From NCBI GenBank assembly GCA_041650835.1, contig JBAZKL010000001.1:15449-79448 (forward strand): DNA of 64,000 nt, read 5' to 3'. Positions 1-8,614 of the stretch are shown here, one piece after another (position 1 is the stretch's first letter; every line of letters starts with the position of its first letter). Source of the stretch: Candidatus Omnitrophota bacterium. Its GTDB lineage: Bacteria; Omnitrophota; Gorgyraeia; Gygaellales; Profunditerraquicolaceae. The notes under the pieces were generated by a model, which did no database searches, had not been told where the DNA came from, and saw nothing but the letters and a program-made list of their open reading frames with translations. Position numbers and translations under genes: made by a program.

Positions 1-260
1 GAAACAAAGGACTATCAATCTTTCTTTTACTTTATCGACAAGAGGCTCAACGACGCCGCTTTCTTAAAAAACCATGAAAAAGACCTGTTACGGCAAGCCT
101 GGAGAGAATGGCTGGGTATTGACGTATACTACCCGTACTTTAAAGCCAAAGAAGCTGAAGATTGGGTAAGCGATAAAGCAAAAATAACTATATTCAAAAT
201 ACGCGGCCGCCCCAAGATCGAAGATAATAAGGTTAAATATATCTTCAGCATAAAGTTCTA
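1..260 (+). CDS. 3' end of an uncharacterised gene (C-terminal ~86 codons; start lies left of window)
   Basis: Frame open from window edge to TAA at 258-260 (...RGRPKIEDNKVKYIFSIKF*); Lys-rich, no family recognised. Confidence 0.3.
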
Positions 261-353
261 ACCGCTCTATGATACGCCTTTATTTTGAGCCTTAACGAAA
301 GGTCTTAATAAAAATCATCCTAACGACGCGCCGGGGGTTTACCGGAAAAGGAG

Positions 354-1058
354 TTAATGAAAGAATGCGCGAATGAATAAAAGTGATTTCTTCAGGGAAA
401 CGGCTAAGGCGTCTTTATCGGACGGGCTTAAGTCACGATAAAACGGTTTTTCCCGGATAATATCGCTCACATAAAACAACGCTGCCGCCCTCACTCCCGC
501 GTGGCTTGCGGCAGAGAAGAACGCGCTGCTCTCCATATCTACCGCGTCAATACCGTCGGAGAGAAATGCATCCGCCCTTTCTTCTTCAAGCTTCAAAGAA
601 GCAACGCTGGAGCAGTTGACTTTTTGAACCCCTAATCCGCTGCCGGCTGTTAAAAGCAACTCTACCAGGCCTTTATCCGGAAGATACCCGGCATCTTTAT
701 AATCATGCTTCGACAACATTCCGGAAAAACTCTCCTGGGAGAACGATTTGACAGGACATACCAAACTCCCGATATCACAGCCGGGTTTCGCGGCAACCAG
801 CCCGCAGGAGCCGAAAAGCAGCAGGGTTTGGGCTAAAGTCCCCTGTAAATACAAAACCGCGTCTCCTACAAAACCGGCCCCCATACCCGTGACGATCAGA
901 GTAAAATATTTTGTATTACCCGCGCTATAGAGCTTGCCGCGCTTAAGCTTATCAACACCTAAAACGCTCAAAGTATCTTTAGTCAGGAACGGCATTAAAA
1001 CACAGTTGCGTTTTACTTCTGAATTTCTGATGCCGAATAAAACTTCAAACTTATTATC
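354..1058 (-). CDS. PNP_UDP_1 family nucleosidase (MTA/SAH / 5'-deoxyadenosine nucleosidase-like; futalosine-hydrolase-like)
   Basis: Start moved to internal Met MDNKFEVLFGI (tracked ORF's first 22 codons overlap the next gene). Motifs VTGMGAGFVGDAVL, LLLFGSCGLV and AVDMESSAFFSAASHAGV align with MtnN/MqnB-type nucleosidases. Packed 8 nt behind the rSAM gene. Confidence 0.6.
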   Translation of the reverse strand, partial: DNKFEVLFGIRNSEVKRNCVLMPFLTKDTLSVLGVDKLKRGKLYSAGNTKYFTLIVTGMGAGFVGDAVLYLQGTLAQTLLLFGSCGLVAAKPGCDIGSLVCPVKSFSQESFSGMLSKHDYKDAGYLPDKGLVELLLTAGSGLGVQKVNCSSVASLKLEEERADAFLSDGIDAVDMESSAFFSAASHAGVRAAALFYVSDIIREKPFYRDLSPSDKDALAVSLKKSLLFIRAFFH

Positions 1059-1065
1059 CATATTT

Positions 1066-1923
1066 TTAAGAGTATTTATTCTTAAAATAATCTCCGTACG
1101 CGTGAGTATGTAGCTTGACCTCACTTTTCACTTCTAAAGCGCACGCGTCGATCTCCTGCGAGATATTCTCCCAGACTTCATTATAAAACAACGGGTCCTG
1201 CCGCATTCTTTCATACCGGGATGCCAATGCGCAGGCATGAGCGCTTATTTTTCCTATTATATCATCAATATTGCTTAAATTGAAGTTAAGACATTCGAAT
1301 TCAATATGCCGGGCCATCGGACATCGAGTAAAAACACTTTTGAAATCAGATATCCACGGTAACAACGGAGAAAAATACGGTACTACCGGTATTCCCGCTT
1401 CAAGAAGATTATTGACCGCGCTTATCCTGGCGTCAAAATCAGGGCTTTTGGCCTCGAGAAGATCTTTAAGTTCAGGGCTGAACTCATTCACCGTGAAATA
1501 AACCCTTTTACAAAACCCTTTACGCAATAAAGGCAGGTATTGCTGAATATACGGCGAACGAGTAAGAATAACATACTGTACCTGAAAACGATTCAATATT
1601 TCAAGCAGTTGCTTTGTTACCGCCGACTTTTCTTCCTGAGGCTGAAAACATTCGGTAGTCGACCCCAAAAGAACAACTGCGGGCTTTTTTACTGCCAACT
1701 CTTTCTCCAGCAGCTCAGGCGCATTGACCCGGATATCAACATACTCGCCCCACGGATGCCCTCTTTTTACAACAGACTGATTCGACCTGACGTAACAATA
1801 CAAGCATCCGAATTCACACCCCGCATAGGGATTAATGACATATTCACCTAAACTGATCGATGTCGGATTGAGGATACGCTCACTGGTTACTTCAGCTATT
1901 TTTATCATCAGGCCCTTTTTCAA
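1066..1923 (-). CDS. radical SAM protein, SPL/COG1533-like (DNA-repair-photolyase family architecture)
   Basis: CxxxCxxC cluster NPYAGCEFGCLYCY near N-terminus, ~285 aa; overlaps the upstream B12-rSAM gene by ~30 nt (operon). Confidence 0.6.
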   Translation of the reverse strand: MKKGLMIKIAEVTSERILNPTSISLGEYVINPYAGCEFGCLYCYVRSNQSVVKRGHPWGEYVDIRVNAPELLEKELAVKKPAVVLLGSTTECFQPQEEKSAVTKQLLEILNRFQVQYVILTRSPYIQQYLPLLRKGFCKRVYFTVNEFSPELKDLLEAKSPDFDARISAVNNLLEAGIPVVPYFSPLLPWISDFKSVFTRCPMARHIEFECLNFNLSNIDDIIGKISAHACALASRYERMRQDPLFYNEVWENISQEIDACALEVKSEVKLHTHAYGDYFKNKYS

Positions 1924-3217
1924 TTAAATTCCCCAGGAAAGCGTTGGTGAACTTGAAATTATTGCGTTTGATCTCCCTGACAAAAACATCCATCTTTTTA
2001 AAAGCTTCAGGATTACGCTTATAATCGCCGGACTTATCCGCGCAGGTGCCGTCATAATACGTAAAGGGATTGACTTGTTCGATCTTAGGGATTAACCCCT
2101 TATTTTTGATCACAAATTCAAGGCTCTCGGTGAAATCAGCATCGCTTTCTCCGGGATATCCGACAATAATACTGATTCCAAAAACTAAACCGGCTTCATG
2201 CAATTTCCGGAAGAAATGTTCCGCCTGAGCGCAAGTAAAACCTTTATTCATAAGTTTAAGCGTCCTGTCAGAACCCGACTCAAACCCTATGAACAAATTA
2301 TAACATCCGCTTTGTTTGATCTTACGCAAAAGCCCCTCATCGAGGTCGTCACGGACGGCCATCTGCGCTTCCCACGGGACCGAGCCAAATGCATTGATGA
2401 TCCCCTCGCAAAGCTCATCAAGCTTCTTTATATCGGCGTTCAAGAAAGAATCAAAAAAAACAAAATGCGTCATCCCGTTATCCTTATGATACCGGATTTC
2501 TTCGATGATACTTTCAACCGGCCGCAAGCGATACCCCTTGAATAATAATTTCTCGGAACAAAAATTACACCCGCGGATACAACCGCGTGAGAACAAAAGC
2601 GGGACCGCGCTGCTTTTAGGATAAGACGAAAAATTCAACCCCGTATACCGGGGAAACGCCAGTTTTTCCAGGTCGGGAAGTTGCGCAAAAGCAGCTATTT
2701 TTTGCGGGAGCCGCCCTTGAGCAATAAACTCCAAAAAACTCTTTTCTCCTTCCCCGACGACAAGCAGATCAGCAGCGCAAGAAAGGCCCTGATCAAATTC
2801 CGTATTTGTCTTAAAATATTGCCGGGTGATCTCCGGGCCTCCTAAGACGACCTTAAGTGAAGGCTTCCTTACCTTAAGGACCTTAACTATTTCAAAGGTG
2901 CTTTTAAGATTACTTTTAAAACATGAAAATCCGATAACGTCTGCCTTAAGCATTTGCTCCAAAGCCGCAGCGAACGCCGCCGGGAAATCCCTCATAATAA
3001 TTGAAACAATATTCTCCTCTAAGAACGTATTACAGCTTAAAAGCCAGGAGCGTTTTAACTCAAGCTCCGCTTTATTATAAAAAACATTATTTAAATCCAG
3101 GATATCCGCGGCAATGCCGTTTTGAGCGCAATAACTCTGCAGGCAGGCTAATCCCAACGGCGGCATATTCGGCCAGAATACGGGAAGCATTGTAAGCAGT
3201 ATCTTAGGATGATTCAT
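1892..3217 (-). CDS. B12-binding domain radical SAM protein
   Basis: N-terminal cobalamin-binding-like domain (KILLTMLPVFWPNMPPLGLACL), radical SAM core SRGCIRGCNFCSE, 441 aa. Confidence 0.75.
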   Translation of the reverse strand: MNHPKILLTMLPVFWPNMPPLGLACLQSYCAQNGIAADILDLNNVFYNKAELELKRSWLLSCNTFLEENIVSIIMRDFPAAFAAALEQMLKADVIGFSCFKSNLKSTFEIVKVLKVRKPSLKVVLGGPEITRQYFKTNTEFDQGLSCAADLLVVGEGEKSFLEFIAQGRLPQKIAAFAQLPDLEKLAFPRYTGLNFSSYPKSSAVPLLFSRGCIRGCNFCSEKLLFKGYRLRPVESIIEEIRYHKDNGMTHFVFFDSFLNADIKKLDELCEGIINAFGSVPWEAQMAVRDDLDEGLLRKIKQSGCYNLFIGFESGSDRTLKLMNKGFTCAQAEHFFRKLHEAGLVFGISIIVGYPGESDADFTESLEFVIKNKGLIPKIEQVNPFTYYDGTCADKSGDYKRNPEAFKKMDVFVREIKRNNFKFTNAFLGNLIEKGPDDKNS

Positions 3218-3362
3218 TGTAATTACCTTAATTTAAGGTTAAAGATTAAAGATTAAAGGTTAAAATTTATGCTTTAGCCTTTGAATTTCCTTTGTTATTT
3301 AACCTTTAAACTTTAACATTTACTTATAGTAAATAATAACAAACATTGTTATTTTAATCTTA

Positions 3363-3745
3363 GTTAGGCTGAGAGATTACTTCTTTTACGGTAACCCGAA
3401 TAATGCCCGTTTCTAAGTCGGCAATTTCGCTGAAAGCTGCACTGGTCAGATCCATAATCCTTCCCTGAGAATACAGCCGTTTTGCGGGGCCAAAATTATT
3501 ATGCTGACCACGACACACTTGCCGTTGGCATCATTACATACCTGGTAGGATTTCCCGTAATCGGCCCTGCGCAAAGCGCACGTAAAAGCATTACCATCAA
3601 ACTCCTCACCGCTTGAAGTCCGGCGCGCCGTATACCAGGACGCAATGCCTTTCGACGGATAGATACCGGCAACCGGCTCTGTGTTCTCACAACCTGCTAT
3701 TACAAAGAAACCTGCGGACAAAAGAGCAATAATAGTTTTTTTCAT
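3363..3745 (-). pseudogene. rlpA: RlpA-like double-psi beta-barrel lipoprotein, interrupted by a frameshift near 3505-3512
   Basis: Signal peptide plus lipobox MKKTIIALLSAGFFVIAGC. DPBB motif ASWYTARRTSSGEEFDGNAFTCA in frame A to GKCVVV. The canonical C-terminal part HNNFGPAKRLYSQGRIMDLTSAAFSEIADLETG...* continues in a different frame down to TAA at 3360-3362. Tracked ORF 3446..3745 is the truncated frame-A product. Confidence 0.55.
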
Positions 3746-3754
3746 GGCAACCTA

Positions 3755-4384
3755 TTACGGGTTTTCGGGTATTACCTGAGCGCTCATCACAATACTTACT
3801 CCGGCTTCCCGCATTGATCCAAACGCGCACTCAACATCACCTGCCATTACATCGACTCCGCGGCAAGCGTCTTGTATGACAAAAGTTTTAAATCCAAGGA
3901 TTACCGCGTCAAGAGCGGTAAATTTGACGCAATAATCCGTGGCTAACCCGGCAATATAAACTTCAGTAACACCCTTGGTCCGCAAAAAAGCCCCTAAACC
4001 AGTCGATTTCTTATGGCCATTATCAAAGAAACCGCTGTAACTATCAACATTTTTATCCATTCCTTTTTGAAAAACCCGGGTGATACCCTTGGTTTCAAGG
4101 GTATCGGGGAACAAAGCGCCTTTACTGCCCTGCACACAATGCTCCGGCCACAAGATCTGCTCAATACCATCCAAAACGACCTTATCTCCCGCGGATTTAC
4201 CGTGAGCGCCGGCAAAACTACCATGGCCGCTTGGATGCCAATCCTGCGTTGCAACAACAAGATCGAACAATTTTTGCAATTCATTCACTACCGGGATAAT
4301 CGCGTCGCCGTCTTTAACCGCTAACGCGCCGCGCGGCAGGAAATCATTTTGAATGTCGACAATGATCAACGCTCTCATGAACAC
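3755..4384 (-). CDS. pncA: nicotinamidase/pyrazinamidase (isochorismatase family)
   Basis: ALIIVDIQNDF hallmark, catalytic Cys region AGLATDYCVKFT, ~205 aa; immediately downstream of pncB. Confidence 0.85.
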   Translation of the reverse strand: MFMRALIIVDIQNDFLPRGALAVKDGDAIIPVVNELQKLFDLVVATQDWHPSGHGSFAGAHGKSAGDKVVLDGIEQILWPEHCVQGSKGALFPDTLETKGITRVFQKGMDKNVDSYSGFFDNGHKKSTGLGAFLRTKGVTEVYIAGLATDYCVKFTALDAVILGFKTFVIQDACRGVDVMAGDVECAFGSMREAGVSIVMSAQVIPENP

Positions 4385-4393
4385 CCCTTTTGG

Positions 4394-5866
4394 TTATTGC
4401 TTGGATTCTCTGGTTTGTAAAATAAGGTCAGTTTTTAAAGCAAACAAGGATTTTTCAAGGCCGACGGGGTACTGATGGGGATTTACGAAGCGCTTGATAC
4501 CTGCGTGGAATTGGTTAAGGCTCTCGCTGACGGATCCCTTGATCGATAAGATATTAACCGCGGGATACACCTTCTTGCCCGCGCGGAAAACCGGGACAAG
4601 GAGGTCTTTGCCGGCGGTATTGGCAGCGATACGCTTCTGACGGGTCATATCCAAAGGGTCGATCAAAATACAGCCCTGAGAAATATCTGTTTTTTCATCA
4701 TAAATAACATCGGCAACATTTTCTTCGCTGCTGCGGAAACGCCTGACCTGCTGGATACCGGGATTTGAGACTTTTAAGGTTTGTTCAGAAAGTTTAACCT
4801 TATACTTCCACTCTTTCCCGGGTGAGCGCACGGCGGATAATTTATAGACTCCGCCTAAAGCAGGCTGATCATAAGCGGTGATCAATTTTGTCCCCACGCC
4901 CCAAACATTAATTTTGGCCCCCTGATTCTTTAAACTGGCAATGATCTGTTCATCCAGCTCATTACTGGCAACGATCAACGCGTCGGGAAAGCCGCCGTCA
5001 TCAAGGATCTTGCGGGCTTCAATACTTAAATACGCCAGGTCTCCCGAATCCAAACGGATACCGATCATCTTATGGCCTGCCTGGCGAAGCCACAGGCCGG
5101 CCTCAACCGCTTTCTTGACACCCTCCAGAGTATCGTAAGTATCAACCAGGAAAATACAATTATTCGGCATAGCCAAAGCATATTCCCGGAATGCCTCCAA
5201 CTCATCGTCAAATGTCATGATCCAGCTATGCGCCTGAGTACCCTTAACCGGGATCCCGAAGATCTTGCCGGCAAGGGTATTAGAAGTCGCCGCCGTACCC
5301 CCGATATAAGCGGCACGGCTTGCCGCAAGCGATCCGTCTATCCCCTGCGCTCTTCTCAAACCAAATTCCAGGATAGCTTCGCCTTGGGCGGCAATGAACA
5401 TGCGCGCGGCTTTTGTGGCGATCAAGGTCTGGAAATTAATAATATTCAATAAAGCGGTCTCAATAAGCTGGCACTGAATAAGCGGCCCGCGGACACGTAC
5501 CAGCGGCTCAAGAGGGAAGACCACTGTTCCTTCGGGGACGGCATCAATATCGCAGGAAAAACGCATTTTCTCCAAATACGCCAAGAAACCTTTTTCGAAC
5601 AAAGCCTTGCCGTCGTTGCCGGTAAGGCTTGCAAGGTAATCGATGTCCGTCTTGTCGATCTTAAAATTCTCCAGGTAATCAATCACATATTCAAGCCCGC
5701 AGGCAATGGTAAAACCCCCTTTGAACGGGCTCGTGCGGAAGAAAAGATGGAAAACCGCCTCTTTTTCGTCAACACCGGACTTCCAGTAGCCATAGGCCAT
5801 GGTAAGCTGGTACAGATCGGTCAAGAGCGAAAGCGATTGATTATAGGGCAGCACTGAATATCCCAC
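4394..5866 (-). CDS. pncB: nicotinate phosphoribosyltransferase
   Basis: N-terminal LTDLYQLTMAYGYW motif typical of NAPRTase, 490 aa, operon with pncA. Confidence 0.9.
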   Translation of the reverse strand: MGYSVLPYNQSLSLLTDLYQLTMAYGYWKSGVDEKEAVFHLFFRTSPFKGGFTIACGLEYVIDYLENFKIDKTDIDYLASLTGNDGKALFEKGFLAYLEKMRFSCDIDAVPEGTVVFPLEPLVRVRGPLIQCQLIETALLNIINFQTLIATKAARMFIAAQGEAILEFGLRRAQGIDGSLAASRAAYIGGTAATSNTLAGKIFGIPVKGTQAHSWIMTFDDELEAFREYALAMPNNCIFLVDTYDTLEGVKKAVEAGLWLRQAGHKMIGIRLDSGDLAYLSIEARKILDDGGFPDALIVASNELDEQIIASLKNQGAKINVWGVGTKLITAYDQPALGGVYKLSAVRSPGKEWKYKVKLSEQTLKVSNPGIQQVRRFRSSEENVADVIYDEKTDISQGCILIDPLDMTRQKRIAANTAGKDLLVPVFRAGKKVYPAVNILSIKGSVSESLNQFHAGIKRFVNPHQYPVGLEKSLFALKTDLILQTRESKQ

Positions 5867-5926
5867 GGGTTTCTCCTTGAATATATCATAGTAAAATTAG
5901 CCCACTGTGTCAACGCATCGTTTGCT

Positions 5927-5965
5927 CGTAAAAATAAGCGGGGGCATACACCCATGCCCCCGCTT
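5927..5965 (-). terminator. Rho-independent terminator after mscS-family gene
   Basis: 12-bp GC-rich stem AAGCGGGGGCAT/ATGCCCCCGCTT with 6-nt loop, followed on minus strand by AUUUUUAC. Confidence 0.55.
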
Positions 5966-5996
5966 GATAAATCCTCTTAAAACCGCCAATTCCCCT

Positions 5997-6524
5997 CTAC
6001 TTGGGATAAATAGTTATCTTATCTCCCGAAATCTTGGCGTTAGGGACAATGACTTTTTTATTATCTTTGGTCATCATAATAGTCGAGAATATCTGTATTT
6101 CTTTGACAATTCCGGCTGCCCCGCCTGCCTCGATCTCATCCCCGACCTTAAACGGCTGGAACAAAATAAGCATGACCCCCCCGGCAAAGTTAGACAATGA
6201 GCCTTGCAGAGCCAGGCCCACCGCAAGGCCCGCCGCTCCCACGATCGCCACAAATGATGTCGTCTCAACTCCCAGTTTGTTCAATGCCGCGATCGCCACA
6301 AAAATAAGAATAATATAATAAACGATATTTTTAGTAAAAGATACCAACGTATCATTGATCTTTGAACGCCCCATCACCTGCCCGATAATACAGCTGGAGA
6401 GCCGCGCGAGCCACTTTCCGACGATAAAGATGACTACGGCAGCAGCCACACTCATGCCGTATTGAATAACATATCCTGAAACCGTACCTGCGATATTTTC
6501 CATATCTATCTCCTTTAAGTTCAT
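5997..6524 (-). CDS. small MscS-family mechanosensitive channel (truncated-type, 175 aa)
   Basis: 3 N-terminal TM helices then MscS beta-domain motif FKVGDEIEAGGAAGIVKEIQIFSTIMMTKDNKKVIVPNAKI. Confidence 0.7.
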   Translation of the reverse strand: MNLKEIDMENIAGTVSGYVIQYGMSVAAAVVIFIVGKWLARLSSCIIGQVMGRSKINDTLVSFTKNIVYYIILIFVAIAALNKLGVETTSFVAIVGAAGLAVGLALQGSLSNFAGGVMLILFQPFKVGDEIEAGGAAGIVKEIQIFSTIMMTKDNKKVIVPNAKISGDKITIYPK

Positions 6525-6566
6525 ATCAGCTTAAACAACCGCCGCGTATATTACACAAGCCTTCTT

Positions 6567-7316
6567 TTATGATTTAACGATAACAGATGCCGTAGTATCA
6601 AAGGGGTTAGTCCGCATGGCAAGAGAAAAAAGATAAGGATAACACTTATGTAAATGTTCCATATACGAAAGCCAGTCCTGGACCAAAAGCCCATAAACCC
6701 TTCTCATATCGCCATTAAGGTGCTTATAATCGGCTTCGGGAAGGCCGGCGAGGGTGTCCCTGCGCTGTAATTCTTCCGTCAGATGAAAAACAGCCCAGAG
6801 CAGCTCGGTAAAAGCTTCGTGCTCCATCAAATTCGGGTTTTCCAGCAGTGTTAAGAAAAAACCCCTTTTAGCGATGAAGAAATCCCGCAGTTCCTGCAAG
6901 TTAGCCTTCGTGAAATCAAGCGAGTACTCCCGGGACTTGATGATCGCCTTTACCTTAAGGAATTCTTTTGAAGACCAGTCCCTCGTTACGATCAAGGAAG
7001 CGCTCAAAGCTCCTCCCCGGGTATCCATTAAGAAAAATGATTTCAAGAGAGGAGTGCCGGCTTCGCTATAGAAAGCGCCCACGATCATATTCAGCTTATT
7101 GAGCATCGCGCGCTTCTCATGGTTGTTTAGAACATTATGGATAACCAGGGTGACCAAGAGGACTTCTATCGGGACAAAAGCGATATCCAGGATCAAATAA
7201 TAAAAGATATGGTGAATGTCCCTAAAGATAACGTAATGGACAAAACAGATGGCAAGAGAAACAAAAATAAGGACCAAGCTCAAAACAAACTGCCAGCTCA
7301 AAATTTTAAGCTTCAT
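6567..7316 (-). CDS. hypothetical inner-membrane protein downstream of exbBD (2-3 N-terminal TM + ~170-aa soluble domain)
   Basis: ATG start at MKLKILSWQ preceded by AAAAGG (tracked upstream extension begins with TTG); no family recognised; 13 nt after exbD stop. Confidence 0.4.
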   Translation of the reverse strand: MKLKILSWQFVLSLVLIFVSLAICFVHYVIFRDIHHIFYYLILDIAFVPIEVLLVTLVIHNVLNNHEKRAMLNKLNMIVGAFYSEAGTPLLKSFFLMDTRGGALSASLIVTRDWSSKEFLKVKAIIKSREYSLDFTKANLQELRDFFIAKRGFFLTLLENPNLMEHEAFTELLWAVFHLTEELQRRDTLAGLPEADYKHLNGDMRRVYGLLVQDWLSYMEHLHKCYPYLFSLAMRTNPFDTTASVIVKS

Positions 7317-7329
7317 CAAAATAGCCTTT

Positions 7330-7752
7330 TTATCCGGTAGTTGCCGCAATATTAAGGTTTTTTACCCCCAGCTCGTTCAAAACATCCAGCACGATAACTA
7401 TATCCTGGAAGCGCACTAATTTATCCGAGTTCAAAATAACCGCTAATTCCGGATTACGCGCGGCTAAAACCGATACCTTCTCCTTCAACTCTTTTTTGGT
7501 AACCACATTTTTATCCAAATACATGACCCCTTCATTGGTTATCGTGATATTGACCTGCTTATTATCGATGATCATAGAAGACGCGCTCGCCGCTTCAGGA
7601 AGTTTGACTTCCAGTTTCTTCACGCGCTGGGGGCTGAACGTATAAAGAAGGCTGAATGAAATAAAGAAGAATATGAACATGTTCAACACAATATCAGTCA
7701 TGGCGACTGACTCTAAGCTGACGGCGTAATCACGCTTTCCCGATATCTTCAT
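7330..7752 (-). CDS. exbD: ExbD/TolR family biopolymer transport protein
   Basis: Start at MKISGKRDY; single TM DIVLNMFIFFFISFSLLY then ExbD periplasmic domain; 4-nt overlap with exbB stop. Confidence 0.7.
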   Translation of the reverse strand: MKISGKRDYAVSLESVAMTDIVLNMFIFFFISFSLLYTFSPQRVKKLEVKLPEAASASSMIIDNKQVNITITNEGVMYLDKNVVTKKELKEKVSVLAARNPELAVILNSDKLVRFQDIVIVLDVLNELGVKNLNIAATTG

Positions 7753-8375
7753 GCTATTCTCCCATCCCTGGTCTCTGCGATAACTTCCAAAAGTTGGATA
7801 CAATGATTCGTCAGGTCGTTTGAAACGACTTTGATACGGCTGACAAAATAGTGGTAACATAAATACAGCGGGATCGCCACGATCAAACCCGCGGCCGTGG
7901 TAAGCATAGCCTCATAGATCCCGGCAGCCAAAACGCTCACCGTGACATTAGCGCCGGCGTGTTCCCACGACATAAAAGCGCGGATAAGCCCGGTGATCGT
8001 GCCGAGAAAGCCCATAAGCGGCTCAACACTAATGATCGAGATCAAAGCACCCAGGTTCTTCTCCAGCTTCTGCACCTGGTTGTTGCCTGATTGTTCCAAT
8101 ATTTTCTCTAACCGGTCAAGCGGAAGGTTACGGCGTTCGATGCCTATTTTAAATATAACGGCCAGAGGATGCCTGATATTTTTATTGCACAAATCAACAG
8201 CATCTTTTATCTTATTGGCCATGATACTCTTAAAGACATTCTGGATAAAACCAAAAGTATCCATCTGCATCTGCCGAAAGACCCAAAAACGTTCAAGAGC
8301 AATAGCTAAACCTACGATCGAACCGATAATAATAGGTATCATCACCGGCCCGCCTTTTACGATGAATGTAAACAT
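7749..8375 (-). CDS. exbB: MotA/TolQ/ExbB proton-channel family protein
   Basis: 3 TM; C-terminal TolQ/ExbB signature AAGIYEAMLTTAAGLIVAIP. Confidence 0.75.
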   Translation of the reverse strand: MFTFIVKGGPVMIPIIIGSIVGLAIALERFWVFRQMQMDTFGFIQNVFKSIMANKIKDAVDLCNKNIRHPLAVIFKIGIERRNLPLDRLEKILEQSGNNQVQKLEKNLGALISIISVEPLMGFLGTITGLIRAFMSWEHAGANVTVSVLAAGIYEAMLTTAAGLIVAIPLYLCYHYFVSRIKVVSNDLTNHCIQLLEVIAETRDGRIA

Positions 8376-8614
8376 ACTTCCTCCTCTAAGTAAGTGGCAA
8401 GGTTTTTAAGGATTATGAAGGCAATCCCAATATCCGGGGATCACCTTATTTTTTTCTTGGGGAATTGATCAAAATCGACAAACTTTATTATACCGATACC
8501 AGGCATTTATAGCAAGAAGATTCCATGCTTTTAACTTAAGTTTTCCAATAATCAACATAAAACAATTGATCACGCGCGGCAAGAAACAAGTTTAAAGACC
8601 TTGTTTAAAAATGC

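Noticed and set aside
354-3217. Assigning the nucleosidase/rSAM/B12-rSAM trio to the futalosine (mqn) or hopanoid (hpn) pathway
   Set aside because: The folds are compatible, but rSAM sizes and motifs do not match MqnC/MqnE, and no mqnA/D, shc or hpn genes are present. Left as unknown substrate.
3499-3690. 63-aa ORF in alternate frame of rlpA-like gene
   Set aside because: Arg/Pro-rich antisense-style translation inside the RlpA coding region; the real second frame of the frameshifted gene is a different one.
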